DNA of 64,000 nucleotides from a virus, in the IMG/VR virus record IMGVR_UViG_3300041964_000068, positions 14,515 through 78,514 of that record. One strand, written 5' to 3'. Shown here piece after piece: positions 9,950 through 21,115 of the stretch; positions within the stretch are counted from its first letter, which is position 1; the number at the start of each line of letters is the position of its first letter. The notes below the pieces were generated by a model. That model was given only the letters and a program-made list of their open reading frames with translations. It made no database searches and had not been told where the DNA came from. A program made the translations under genes and the position numbers.

Positions 9950-10623
9950 TCAAACCCTAAAGCTCATCCCGTTAAGACTTGCAATTTGGCTGCGGGTGTA
10001 GTTCCACCTGCGAAAAACTGCACATCTCCTGTACTGGCAACAATAATCACAGGATCAGATCCAGTCATTTGAAAAGCATCACAAGCGAATCGAAGGTTGG
10101 CACTAGGTCTAAACCCAGTCGGTAAGTTTGTAATCACCATTCCTGCCGTATAAGTCCCTGTGCGAGTTACTGATCCTCGTAGTAGAACTTCATTGAGAAA
10201 TTTGGTGTACTCGCAGTTCTGAGTAGCCCCGCCTAAGTTAGCAAAGCTGTTTGAAAAGTGAACGATGTCCAGACAGGAGCGCCGTTCGTATCTTCAAGCT
10301 GCCAGAATCCCCCCAGGTTGTATAAACGTCGCCGAACTGATGTAGAACCGATCGCCAGTGTGCCCTGAAGGGAAATGCCGTTGCCGTCGAACAAAGTGAT
10401 CGTGTGTGAGCCGTTGTTTTGAATTGTGACGCGCTGACCGTTTGAACCTGTGCCGATTTGCGGGTTTGAGGTGAGCGTGATGGCGGCGGCGGACGTGACT
10501 GGACAGATCTGACTGGCGACACTCGCAGTAATTGCAATCGTGCTGGTAGCGGTAATCGCCTGCGAGGAATTGACGAGCGGGGGCGCTGCTGCCTCCCGCT
10601 GCGGGCTTGACGGCTCCAAGCAT
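9950..10623 (-). CDS. Tail fibre / receptor-binding-like protein (frameshifted)
   Basis: MLGAVKPAAGG..., beta-rich GQRVTIQNNGSHTITL, C-terminal VLLRGSV...ITNLPTGFRPS motif typical of fibre tips. Confidence 0.65.
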
Positions 10624-11261
10624 TATGATCCTCCCCAAAGTAGCTGTAGCGTGGTGTTGGTGCGGCAGAGGCGCGAATCCGGATCGCTTGGGCGAAGAAA
10701 TCGCGCAAGTCAAACGCCAGGATCACCTTTCCGGTCGTGGCGGCAAGCAGGGTCGGATCAACGTTTGAGCCGTTTGTGTCACCACTCAAGCGCAAAATCG
10801 AGTTAGCGAAGGCGCGGTTTAAAATGCGTTCCGGTGTTCAAATGAATCTGCATATCGCTGTCTGCATGAGCGCGAGTCGCGATTTCAAGACCTGTGAGCG
10901 GGTTGCCTCCGGTGTTGTTGATTTGAATCCGAAAGCGGGTAAAACCCTCGGTGACGATCGTCTGCCCAGCGCTAGCCGTCAACGCCACGCCCCCCGTCAC
11001 CGTCAATGTCGCGGTTGTGCGTAGGTCGCGTTGGCAATAGTATTAACCGCTAGCCGCCCCGAAACCAGATTCGCAGGGAGCCTGTTCTCGGTATCAACCA
11101 AGTTGCGTTATCGTTACGAGGTTGGTGTTGACGGTATCGAGCTTGGCGTTTGCGCCGGGGTCAATTCTGATGAAATCATCCCCAGCGCCGCCATTGTCCT
11201 CGACTCGCGTTGAGCGCGGCGTGTTGACTCCATCGATATACGGTCGTGTAACAATTGCCAT
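10624..11261 (-). CDS. Putative minor tail / structural protein (frameshifted)
   Basis: ATG at 11261 (MAIVTRPYIDG...); fragments 10803..11006 and 10238..10795; directly downstream of J. Confidence 0.5.
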
Positions 11262-11276
11262 AATTTCAACCTATGC

Positions 11277-13956
11277 CTAAATCAATACAAGTGCCTGTGA
11301 ACGAGTCAAATTCAGGCTTCCGTTCGCCGCCGTCACGACAGGAGAACTCACCCGCCAATCTGATATCTTGCCGTTGAGGTCGATCGCCGCCACGCGAATA
11401 AAATAAGTACCCTGGCTGACACCTTCAAAGCGCGTTTCATAGCTCCCCTTAATCACCGTGCGCGTATCCTGCCAGGTGATTCCGTCGCGAGAGTATTCCA
11501 CGTACACGGCTTTAATCAAAGCGGCAGTCGCGGCGTTCAGCGTCCAGCCCGCCACGAGGGGTGTAATCGATCGTCGTATTCCTATCACCGCAATAGCGCC
11601 AGCCGTCACAGCAGCAGGCGGCGTGACAACGGTGGGGATTGAGAATCGCGTCGGCGCGGCCTCAACTTCGACCTGGCTTTCGATCGCGGCGTACTTGCTG
11701 GGGTTGTACTCGATCGCGTTAATTTCAACCCGCGTCGGATCTCCGGCCTTGGGTGCAACGCTCACCACGCGAAAGGTCTGAGGCTGCACATTAGGGTCAC
11801 GGACAATCCAGTTGGACTCCGCGAGCGGAACTTCCGAGAAAGCTGCTGTAACAGCAATTACGCTGGCGACACCTGTCCCTGAAATCGTGCGGGTTTGCAG
11901 CGCACCGGACGGCAGCATAACCGTGATCGTGAAACCCGCGCCAACCACGACCGGAGAATCGAGGGTGACAGTCGTAGCGGTGGCGGCGGCAATCAAACCG
12001 CCGTAGCGAATATTGGCAAATTCATCGTCTGCAACTTGAATCACCTCGCCGGGGCGGCAGTAAGCGGCGAAGCTACGAGCGGTAAACGAAACACTGCGAG
12101 TTTCATAACGGCTCGAATACAGCGCCCAGCGCCCTACCCGAATTGCCAGCGCCCGCGACGTACAGCCGAAGGCGGCGATTTCGATTTCGCGAATGCCGTA
12201 CTTGTTAATCCCAACAACATCCTCAACCGTCTCAACCGCTCGCTGGTACTCGTCTTCGGGGTCGTTCCAGGTCACACGCGCAACCGTGTGACGAGCGCGA
12301 ATCGCCGTGCTGGAGTAGGTAAACCTGCCTGAAATATCCGCCTGGGTGAACTGCCGCACCGGAGTAGCGGGGCGATCTTGCCAGAATTTAACAATCCCGC
12401 CGCTCCAGTACGGCTTCATGTGGCAAGCGCTGCAAAATGCGTTAATCACCTCCCACGCTTTTTCTCCCGACTGCAACTGCGTGTTACAGCTATACCGCCG
12501 TTCGCTATAGCCAAGTCCAGTGGGGAGCATCTGATTGTTGTAGACCGAGCATTCGTACAAGTTCCATTTATCAATCAGCGAATCCTCGATCGAGCGCCCC
12601 AGGCCGTAGCGATTATTCGTGAGCAGATCAAATAAATGCCACACCGGATCGGCGCAGGCTTTCGAGGGAACGTAAAACGTGCCGTTCCAGGCTCCCGAAA
12701 AGTTCAGCCCGCGATCGGCGGCAACGGTGGCGTTAGAGGGAATCCGCACTCGCCGCCCCGCAATCTTGTACTGTCGCTGCGGGATAGAGGAGAACTGCTC
12801 AGGCTGAAAATCAAGCAGGACGTAGGCGGTGTAGGGATAGTTGAGCTTGTTTTGGATGACCTCGGTGTAGCTTGACCACTGGAGTTTTTGGACTTTTTTC
12901 TGTGAGGTTGAGTCGCTAGAAATCTTGGTGATCCTGACCTGAACGTATCAACCGTGCCGCCTTGGTTGTTCACCTTGAAGGCGTACTCAAGCTCGGTGGG
13001 GCTGGAGAATTTGCCTTGCAGGTTTTTCTGATAGCGCGTCTGCCAAGCCGCTCCGCCCTGCTTCACCTCAATGCGGTACTCGATATCCGTGCCCGAAACG
13101 TCGCCATCGTCTTCATATTTGACAAGCGTTACCGCAATCCGCACCCGGATCAGGTCAAGCTCGCTATTAACGATCGATCGGGTTGTTGCGCCCAGTGAGT
13201 TTTTCACCTCGACGTTGACGCTTGTTTCTGAGGCGATTTCTTCGCCATCGCCTGCAATAATGCTTTGCCCCGGCGAACCCCGGCGCAATTTGTACTTGAA
13301 GCCCTTAAAGTTGAGCGAACCGTCTGCGTTTTGTACCGGGGTCTTATCGAGCAAGATACCTTTACGAGCGCCAACTAGCCCCTCAATCTGCCCCTCAGAA
13401 ATTGCCTCAAGCACATAGGCTCTACTGGTCGATCGGCCTGTGTCGTCGGCCTCTTGCGGCGATCCAGCGCTCTTGCCGCCGCCCATGTTGCTAACGCGAA
13501 TACCGTGTTCGCCTACTAGGTAGGTGTGAGTGTATGCAACCGTGATGTTGTAGACCGTCTCGGTGCTGCGATAGCGCCACCCTAAGAGCTTGCGGGCAAG
13601 ATTCGCGCCATCATAAAGCAGATCTCCCGGCGACAGCTTTCCGACTTCCTCGAAAGCTGTCTCACCGCCTAAGTAGCCTGCGACAAACCAGTGATTCGGC
13701 GTGGCGGGAATCATCCCGCCCTCATAGTCGTACTCCCAGACACCGTGCCCTTCGTGGATATGGGTTTCGGTAACGTAGGAGCTAACCACGTTGCCGCGCT
13801 TGTCAAAGCAGTAAACGTAATCTCCGACATCTAGCTCGCAAATTGGCCTCAAGCCGAGCGGCGTCTGCACACAGACATCCGCCGGAAAGCAGCCGCCGAA
13901 GCTGCCGGAAAGAAGGGGAGGGCGTTCTCGGTCTTCGCAGGGTTAGCTGTCTTCAT
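11277..13956 (-). CDS. Tail tip / host-specificity protein J (TipJ) with N-terminal Hint domain; frameshifts near 13905, 12950 and 12750
   Basis: ISEGQIEGL...KTPVQNADGSLNF, WNGTF...DPVWHLFDLLTNNRYGLG and FGCTSRALAIRVGRW are lambda J motifs; FN3-like C-terminus. Confidence 0.9.
13487..13891 (-). other. Hint (intein-like, BIL-type) domain, 135 aa, no endonuclease
   Basis: Begins CFPADVCVQTPLG; block B ATPNHWF; block F VYNITVAYTHTYLV; ends GIRVSN followed by Met. Confidence 0.85.
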
Positions 13957-14060
13957 CAGACTTACCCCGTCTTAAGCTTAAGCTTGATAAAATAGAGACG
14001 AAAACACCCCGCGATGCTGGACACATCCGGGGAACGGAACGCCTAACAGGAGTAGGGTTC

Positions 14061-14733
14061 ATGAATATTCTACCGATTTCTGTCGAAGAGTTTTCGATTG
14101 CAGAAATTGAGCGGTTTTGGGATAAGGTCGATCGCAGCGCGGGTGATGATGGTTGCTGGCTGTGGACGGGTAGACTTGACAGAGGTGGATACGGCTCGGT
14201 CTGGCGAGGCAGGAAAAAAAGAGCTACACCTGCACACAAATTTTCATTCACATCTTTGCGCGGAGAAGTCCCAAAAGATCTGCAAGTTCTGCATCGCTGC
14301 GATGTAAGGAATTGCGTCAATCCAAAACATCTTTTCTTGGGGACAATTGCCGACAACATGGCTGACAAAACAGCGAAAGGTCGGCAGTTGAAAGGAGAGA
14401 AGATTAAAGCTTCAAAATTAACTGAGGCTTGATGTTTTGCAAATCAAAGAATCAATGGTTTCTGTTTGTCCGAGCGAGCTAGCAAAGCGGTTCAACGTAG
14501 CTCCAAGAACCATTCGAGACATCCTCAATGGACTCACCTGGAAGCACGTTGGCGAAGACACGAAAGGCGTCGAGCGATTCAGGCTTAGGAAAAGACTGTC
14601 AGACGACGAAGTGCGGCAGCTTAGAACACTTGCCAAGCAGACTTCAACCAAAGCAGCGGCAATTGCATACGGAATTCCGTATATTTCTGCGTGGCAAATC
14701 GTGATCGGGAAAAACAGAAAGAATGTCATCTAG
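14061..14733 (+). CDS. Free-standing HNH homing endonuclease with C-terminal HTH repeats (frameshift near 14430)
   Basis: CWLWTG...GYG...AHK...VLHRCDVRNCVNPKHLFLGTIADNMAD; continues in 14437..14733. Opposite strand to the tail operon. Confidence 0.88.
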
Positions 14734-15357
14734 CCGTCCTCGTCCAGACTTTCGTCGTCCACCAGCCATGAACGGATTGAAGCGCTGAGGACTTGTGAAC
14801 CCACGAGCATCCCGTCATCGAAAACGCCGGATTTGTAGCCGCAGCCTCCGTAGACCAGAGGAAGCCTGCCACCTTGGGCGGTCGTATTTTGACCACCATT
14901 GAATATGAGGCTGGGCTTCTTCTCGTCGTCGTTTGGATTGGGCGCGGCAGGCTGATTAAACAGCCCCAGGATGCCTGAGAGCGCCATCGTTCCGCCAACC
15001 AGGGCAAGAGTCGAAGACGAAAGGCCGAGAATCCCCACACCCGCCAAACCCAGACCCAGTAAAGCCGACGCCGAGAATAATCTTGCCGAAGTTCCCCGCC
15101 CCCATCAGCACAGGAGCAATGGTGATCGACTGCTGTCCGGTGGGGTAGTGAAGATGCTTCTCCTCAATATTCCAGTCCCCGACATACACCTCATAGGCGT
15201 AGCCCCGCTCGTGCGATCGAGCCAGATGCGAGCGAAAGGCGGGGAAGTTCGCCTCCATGCAGGACACGGCCTCACGTACCGAGTTCACATCCGCCACAAG
15301 CTCGCCCACAAACAAATCGGCTAGCTCGTCTTTGAGAATGATTTTCGTTTTCGGCAC
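14730..15357 (-). CDS. Tail assembly protein I (lambda gpI-like), frameshifted near 15050
   Basis: Ubiquitin-like N-terminus, APVLMGAG, hydrophobic segment, NTTAQGGRLPLVYG...VGSQVLSA. Confidence 0.88.
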
Positions 15358-16163
15358 TACATCAACTCCTTCCAGCGCAACCGCTGCACCGTGACATCAC
15401 GCCAATACGCCCCATAGACCCGCTTTTCAGAAACTCGTGGCGGCTGGAGATGGTGAAGGATTTCGGGCTTGTGAATATCGGTGATGATGCCGCAGTGATG
15501 CGCGACTTCCCCTTCCATCGTCATCAACACCAGATCATGCTGCTGTAGCGGCGAATCGAGATCGACCGGAACAAACCCGATCGAGGGCATCGCCTCAGTA
15601 AACCGATCCCAGCTTCCCGTTATCTGCTCTCCCGGCGTTGGGGCGCGATCGAAGTCGGGCAAGTCCAGCCCCAACATTCCCCGGTAGTAATACAGCGCCA
15701 CCGTCCAGCAATCCGACCGTCCCCACACCCAAGGCCAGCCGAGATAGAACTCCACGACTTGAGGCGTTCCGCTCCGTTCTTGCAGCGGGAAAGGGTTGAG
15801 GCTTGCCGGATCGAAGTAGTCCCAGGTTTTATCTGTGGCGTGAAACAGCAGGTAGGGTAGCTTTGAGCGCTTGCTCTGCCGGATATCCTCGAAGCTGAGA
15901 TAGCCGGGATGATCGTCGGCAAAATGGCTGTGATAGAGCGCTAAGATTTCGTACTTTTCCGAAAGCTGATCGAAATACTTGCGATCGATCACGAATCCGG
16001 CCTTTGGGTCAGGCGCAAGATTATCAGACTCCAGGACATCTATCGCGTCTGTTTCACGGTCGCGCCCAATCATGCCGCAGACTTCTTGATCTGGGAAGAT
16101 CTCAGCGTGGGTTTGAATGCGAACTAAAACCGTCTCATCAAACGGGGGAAGTAAATCAGGCAC
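15357..16163 (-). CDS. Tail assembly protein K (JAB/MPN plus NlpC/P60)
   Basis: EVCG...YHSH...SFED; WVWGRSDCWT...HCGI...ILHH. Confidence 0.92.
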   Translation of the reverse strand: MPDLLPPFDETVLVRIQTHAEIFPDQEVCGMIGRDRETDAIDVLESDNLAPDPKAGFVIDRKYFDQLSEKYEILALYHSHFADDHPGYLSFEDIRQSKRSKLPYLLFHATDKTWDYFDPASLNPFPLQERSGTPQVVEFYLGWPWVWGRSDCWTVALYYYRGMLGLDLPDFDRAPTPGEQITGSWDRFTEAMPSIGFVPVDLDSPLQQHDLVLMTMEGEVAHHCGIITDIHKPEILHHLQPPRVSEKRVYGAYWRDVTVQRLRWKELM

Positions 16164-16248
16164 GGCGACTTAAGCTTAGGCGTAATTCCTACGAGCTTAG
16201 CTGCCAGATCTACCGCAAGGGTGAGAATGATGGAAAATCGCGTTGGGC

Positions 16249-17064
16249 TTATCTCGAATCGCTTTCCACATAGGGAGTAAAACGATTGTTCTTTGCCATG
16301 TTTTCTTTCGCTGTCAGGATTTGCAGATTTTCAGGAACGTGCAAACCTTGCACCAGTGGATGAATTAGCGGAATGATGTGATCTACTTCGTGCTTGATTC
16401 CCGTCTCTTCCGTAAGCTGAGCCGCTTTTTGGTAGACAGCTTCGATCGCCTTGAAGTCAGCCCAGGCCGGAGTTGCTTGCAGCTTGGCAGCGCGGCGCTT
16501 GTTTGCCCACGCCAGCACTTTTACTTTGTTCTGCCGTTTGTAGCGACGATTGTCTTCGCCGTGACAGGACTTGCACCACGAAGAAAGGCCGGAACTTCCA
16601 GCTACAAACGCTTTGAAGTGGGACGAGTCAAGCATTTGCTTGCATCTTGTGCAAATCTTCTGCTCAACCAAAGTTTTGGCCGGATCAAGTTTAAGCTTTT
16701 CGTATCGGGCTTTTTTCTGCTTTGAAGCGCAGCTTTTACATTGAGATTCCCTACCGCAAGGTTCCTTTTTGCTTCGGTAGAAAGACTCCATCGGCAAAAT
16801 AACGCTGCATTTCGAGCAGGGCTTTTCAGTAGGCGGAGTATATGGAATCGGGGGATTTAGCTCAAGTTCTTTCTTGCGCCTTTCTCTCTTCGTCTGTACG
16901 TTGATCTGTATCAGGCAAGATTTGCATTTGGAGCCATGCCGTCTCCCGCGAAATGTGTAATAGTCGCCTTCCGGTTTGGGAACAGAGCAAACAGTGCAGA
17001 CGATCGTTTTATCGCTAGAAGGTTTCTCGCAGTCAAGGCCGAGTGAAAGCTGTACAATATTCAT
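16249..17064 (-). CDS. HNH endonuclease with three N-terminal CxxC zinc-ribbon repeats
   Basis: HEVDHIIPL...VQGLHVPENLQILTAKENMAKNN; repeated CxxC...CKSC units. Confidence 0.88.
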   Translation of the reverse strand: MNIVQLSLGLDCEKPSSDKTIVCTVCSVPKPEGDYYTFRGRRHGSKCKSCLIQINVQTKRERRKKELELNPPIPYTPPTEKPCSKCSVILPMESFYRSKKEPCGRESQCKSCASKQKKARYEKLKLDPAKTLVEQKICTRCKQMLDSSHFKAFVAGSSGLSSWCKSCHGEDNRRYKRQNKVKVLAWANKRRAAKLQATPAWADFKAIEAVYQKAAQLTEETGIKHEVDHIIPLIHPLVQGLHVPENLQILTAKENMAKNNRFTPYVESDSR

Positions 17065-17171
17065 GGCTGAACCTACTGATACTAGGCTTGGCGTCGAACC
17101 CTTGAGATTGGCCTCTCAAGGGTTCATTCGTGCTTATTGTAACATAAGCCATACGTAATTGTTAAGAAATG

Positions 17172-17833
17172 TCAAAAACGGCGAAGGCCGGGCATACCGC
17201 CAAACGGAAGCACCGCATTCCTGCCAAAACGCTTCGTGCAGGCGGTGAGGGTCTTGGCGCACACATCCTGAGCCGGATCAAGGGTGCGCCGATTGTCGAT
17301 CGTGTATCTTGCCGCCCCTGAGTAAGAACACTCAGCCCCGCGATAAATCCAAGGGCAATTCGGTAGGGCGTGTCGTGCGGGAACTGACTCCTCCACGAAA
17401 TCAATCGGCGCGGCAAGTTCAAACTCGATCGCCTGTCCGGGAATCTCCTGAGTCCGCTGAGAGACAGTAAAGCTGTCCATCGCCTTGATCGCGGTTGGAT
17501 CAGCGGTGGGCTGTCCGTCGAGGTATCGCTTGAGGGTAGAGCGCAAGGTGAGCTTCGCGCCCTCAATCCCGCCGTAGAAGTAGACAAGGCCGGAGATAAT
17601 TTTGCTCGTGTCTCCTACCGTCAGCCGAGGCCGGGGCAACGAACCTTCCCCGGTGTACTGCAAGCCTTCAATACCGCACTCGATCGGAATATAGGAGACA
17701 CCGCCGAAGCTGACGCCCAGGTTATTGCAGAAACTAAACGTCTCGTAGGGCGATGCGGGGTTATACCGGATAACTCAAACAGGATAATCTCAGCATCATG
17801 CGCGAGAGATTGCAGATCGGCAATAATCGGCAT
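17172..17833 (-). CDS. Minor tail protein L (frameshifted near 17750)
   Basis: LPRPRLTV, CPWIYRGAECSY, DVCAKTLTACTKRF, LPFGGMPG. Confidence 0.92.
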
Positions 17834-17835
17834 GA

Positions 17836-18171
17836 CTAACCTACCCCCAGGCGAAACACCTGCTCAAACTTGGCCTGAAAGCTCCAGCCGTTCACGCCCA
17901 GCCATGTCCAATTCCAGCTTTCACAGATATAAGCCACGGCTGAACCCTGCACCGTGAACGGCTCGATTCCTTTTCGCGCTTGCAAGAAAGCTTCAACTGT
18001 GGCGCGATCGGTAACGTTGACCGCGACATCCCAAGCCTGCGAAACCGAGTTAATCCCGTCCCGCGCTCTGCCCTCAACGCCACCTTTGCCAATTTTGTTG
18101 CGAAAGTTGGCGGCGGTGAAGCTGATTGAGTTCCCCCAGGTTGGCATCAAAGGAATTACGGGCAAAGGCAT
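17836..18171 (-). CDS. Minor tail protein M (lambda gpM-like)
   Basis: DGINS...W...VEAFLQARKGIEPF...YICESW...FQAKFEQVF. Confidence 0.8.
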   Translation of the reverse strand: MPLPVIPLMPTWGNSISFTAANFRNKIGKGGVEGRARDGINSVSQAWDVAVNVTDRATVEAFLQARKGIEPFTVQGSAVAYICESWNWTWLGVNGWSFQAKFEQVFRLGVG

Positions 18172-18243
18172 GAGTTCGGGTTGACTTGCGCTTAAGCTGA
18201 AGCTAAGCAAAGTCTAGTATCCTGCGGCAGAAGGAAGGACGGA

Positions 18244-18624
18244 ATGACGGAAAATCGTGAGCAGGAGCAAATTCGGGTACTCGAAGAGAGACTTGGGGAA
18301 CTAGAAAGAATCACCCTAGAAGATCGAGAAGCAAGGTTTCAGGGCATCGAGCGCAACCTGCGAACGGTTCAGCGGCAGGAGCGGCGACAACAAGGCTTAC
18401 TCCTGAGCTTGGCGGTGGCGACACTGGTCGGGCTGGCGGGGATGAAATATCAGGACGGCAAGTTCTCCTGGTTGTTGGACACAGAAAAAACGCGAGAGCT
18501 AGTTGAGCTTCTCGCGCCAATTGTTTCTACGTTAGGCGTGGGGGCGGGTTTGACGATGGCGGTTCGATCGACCAAAGACCCGAAGCCTTCAGCACCCGAA
18601 CCCGCCGAAGACCCAGAAGCCTAA
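18244..18624 (+). CDS. Membrane protein with coiled-coil N-terminus, holin-like
   Basis: Two hydrophobic segments; AAGGA RBS. Confidence 0.5.
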   Translation: MTENREQEQIRVLEERLGELERITLEDREARFQGIERNLRTVQRQERRQQGLLLSLAVATLVGLAGMKYQDGKFSWLLDTEKTRELVELLAPIVSTLGVGAGLTMAVRSTKDPKPSAPEPAEDPEA

Positions 18625-18929
18625 ACCGACATCTTGGCGGGAGATGCCGGGACAACCTTCCACCCCTGCTTGAAAAGATACTGATAGGCGGCGTACCCCA
18701 AAGAATGCGATGCCAGGTTGTCAGTCTGCGGGATCACTCCGGTCTTGGCAATCAGATCAATTTGCAGCGCAGATCTTTCATTGACTCCCTGCTTCTCCGC
18801 TTCCACCGCTCCGGGATGCGTCCAAAACGGCTCCCATTCGTAGGCAGGATCTAGTCGCCAGTGCAGAATCTTGCGCGAGTCGGTGTTTTCGTATCCCTTC
18901 AACGGCTTCCAGCAAAGTTGTCCAGGCAT
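18621..18929 (-). CDS. Hypothetical protein
   Basis: GGAG RBS, clean ORF. Confidence 0.65.
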   Translation of the reverse strand: MPGQLCWKPLKGYENTDSRKILHWRLDPAYEWEPFWTHPGAVEAEKQGVNERSALQIDLIAKTGVIPQTDNLASHSLGYAAYQYLFKQGWKVVPASPAKMSV

Positions 18930-18980
18930 ACTTTCTCCTAAGCTTAGGTTTAGGCCAACAGCGAATAAAAAAAACGGGGT

Positions 18981-19247
18981 CTAGAATTCGTCTTCAGGTG
19001 TGGTTTCCGGCTCCCAGACTTCCAGTAGCTTGCAACCTTGAAACCGAGCGTTGGCAAGCTCTTGAATCTGCTCTACCCAGCTTTCGCGATCAACAAGTAG
19101 CCGGATCTTGATCTGATGGGCGTCGTCTTTGTGTTGCAGCTTAGCATACACAATTCGGGTCAACTCGTCAGGAATCCCCTCGGTGCTGGGGTGAACAAAG
19201 ATGATTTGGTGATAGCGGCAGTCGAACGTCTTGATTGCTGTAAACAT
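18981..19247 (-). CDS. Hypothetical protein
   Basis: Clean ORF in the leftward operon. Confidence 0.6.
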   Translation of the reverse strand: MFTAIKTFDCRYHQIIFVHPSTEGIPDELTRIVYAKLQHKDDAHQIKIRLLVDRESWVEQIQELANARFQGCKLLEVWEPETTPEDEF

Positions 19248-19278
19248 TTGGTGTTCAAATCCTACTGTTGATGTTGCG

Positions 19279-19638
19279 TTACAAAGAATCTGGAGCTAGC
19301 TCAATCTCTTCCGATGCTTCAGCTAGCTCCTCAATCAAAATCGAAATCCAAACTAGGGGATCTAAATTCTGAGGCATACCAAACCTTACATCCTGCCTAA
19401 TCCGTTCTTGCTTGATCTCCTGTTCAATCTCAAGATTTACGTCCACCTCAGACCGCCCCTGCGAAAGCCGAAGATCAGTCAGCGCGGCGATTGCAGATGC
19501 CGCTACCTGAATCAATTCTGTTTCGTAGTTTGCCGAAGTTTGCCGCTGGTAGTGCAAATTCAAGTCCGGGGAATCTCGCACTTCTCTAGCAGCTTGTCCT
19601 AACTCTGAGAGTTGCTTGCTCAATTCTTCAATCTCCAT
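19279..19638 (-). CDS. MazG-like all-alpha nucleotide pyrophosphohydrolase, apparently circularly permuted
   Basis: NYETELIQVAASAIA precedes ERIRQDVRFG-PQNLDPLVWISILIEELAE, the reverse of the usual order. Confidence 0.7.
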   Translation of the reverse strand: MEIEELSKQLSELGQAAREVRDSPDLNLHYQRQTSANYETELIQVAASAIAALTDLRLSQGRSEVDVNLEIEQEIKQERIRQDVRFGMPQNLDPLVWISILIEELAEASEEIELAPDSL

Positions 19639-20005
19639 CAGACCTCCAAGAAAATATCAATGTACTGAGCTTCTTTTGTCGGCGCTTTTTCCCAAGCCGA
19701 TTCGATGTGCTGAATTACGGTCAGGTTGTCATCGCGCATAATCCCGGCCTTGACCATTGCATCCTCAACCGCTTTGAACAAATTGGAGAGGTCATAGCGC
19801 CTGTCCCACCCGTAGAACTGCATTGAGAGCTTCTTGATCCACTGAAGGGTTTCTTTCCAGTCCAGGCCGCTCCGCATTCTTGAGCAGCTTGTCTTTTCCA
19901 GTTTCGATAGGCGGGCTTGTAGTAGGCCACGCCCCGGCTCACCTGCGCCCGCTGGCAGGGATAAGGAGGTAGATGCAACCGGATGTGAATGCGATCGTCA
20001 GGCAT
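19638..20005 (-). CDS. rusA: RusA-family Holliday junction resolvase (frameshift near 19860)
   Basis: PYPCQRAQV...YRNWK and YDLSNLFKAVEDAM...IMRDDN catalytic motif. Confidence 0.85.
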
Positions 20006-20772
20006 TTAGTTTGAACGGGATCTCTCTGCAATGATTTGCTTGGCGTAGATAAGAGCCTCAATCTTGCGATTAAGCTCGATGCGCTGCTTTTTCAAGGCTT
20101 CAATTTCAGCATCCAGCACACTATCAGCACTTAAAACAGATTCGATCGAGTTTTCAACTTCCTCGAAAGCTTCAGTGTCAGAATCATCAGAAGCAGATTT
20201 TTTGATGACGGGTTTATTGATTTCTATTCCAGCCATCGCAAAAATAGCCGTGTGATGTGTCGCCTTGATTCTGATCTCATTATTAGATCTCCAGCGATAT
20301 CTTTGCTTCCTAGCAGCAAAAACACAATCGCTTGAGGAGGCCAAAGCGCAACAACCGAGGTTCGCTGAACTTCAAGATGCTCTGAGATTCTTTTGAGATG
20401 ATCCTTGTCTGTGATTAACTCTACGCCCAGCTTTTCAAAATAGTCTCTCAAAAAAGTCTGATAGCTAGACACCCACTTCCGATCGAGACTGAACACGGTA
20501 GCAAGTAGCCCAGGAGTAGTGCAAGGCCGACCTTTGTGAACGATCGTCTTGAGGCCATCACCGCCCACCGCCCGCAGGATATGACGGGCATACGCAGTTG
20601 ATTCCTCGTCCATACGAGCCAACTTTACCAGCTTGCCGTTTGGAGGCAGATCGCTATTCATTTGAGGCTGAGAAGATTCTTGAATAGTGATCTGCCGCCC
20701 GTTGCCGTTTGTTGTTTTCTCTTCTGGCTTCAAGAGACTGGAGAGAGACTGCAAGCCTTTGTAGTTGCTCAT
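20006..20772 (-). CDS. Hypothetical protein, probably one gene split by a frameshift near 20260
   Basis: Overlapping ORFs 20224..20772 and 20006..20344. Confidence 0.5.
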
Positions 20773-21115
20773 AATTTAATTCTGTGAATGGTGTTTTTTG
20801 CTTCTTGACCCACTTTATGATCGACTCGTGCTTCCAACTCATTCCCAACAAAAGCAGCATCGAATTAACGATAACCCGCTGATTTTGAGTAGCCAGCGGC
20901 AAGCTTTCCCAACGCGATTCAAGAGTATCGTGCAACTCTTGAAGTTGCTCATCCTCGAACAAGCTCAAGCTTTCAGGAAAGTTTTTGCTACGACAAAGAG
21001 ACTGGAAGAAAATATCTTCTTGCGTCACTCCGAAACAGGTCATGTAGATCTGAATCTCGGCAAGCAAATTGATATTTTGTTGAGCTTTGTTGGAAGCTTT
21101 GACTGTGAGTGTCAT
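20654..21115 (-). CDS. Hypothetical protein
   Basis: ORF downstream of a TTGACA-17-TAGGTT promoter-like site at about 21121-21149. Confidence 0.55.
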   Translation of the reverse strand: MTLTVKASNKAQQNINLLAEIQIYMTCFGVTQEDIFFQSLCRSKNFPESLSLFEDEQLQELHDTLESRWESLPLATQNQRVIVNSMLLLLGMSWKHESIIKWVKKQKTPFTELNYEQLQRLAVSLQSLEARRENNKRQRAADHYSRIFSASNE

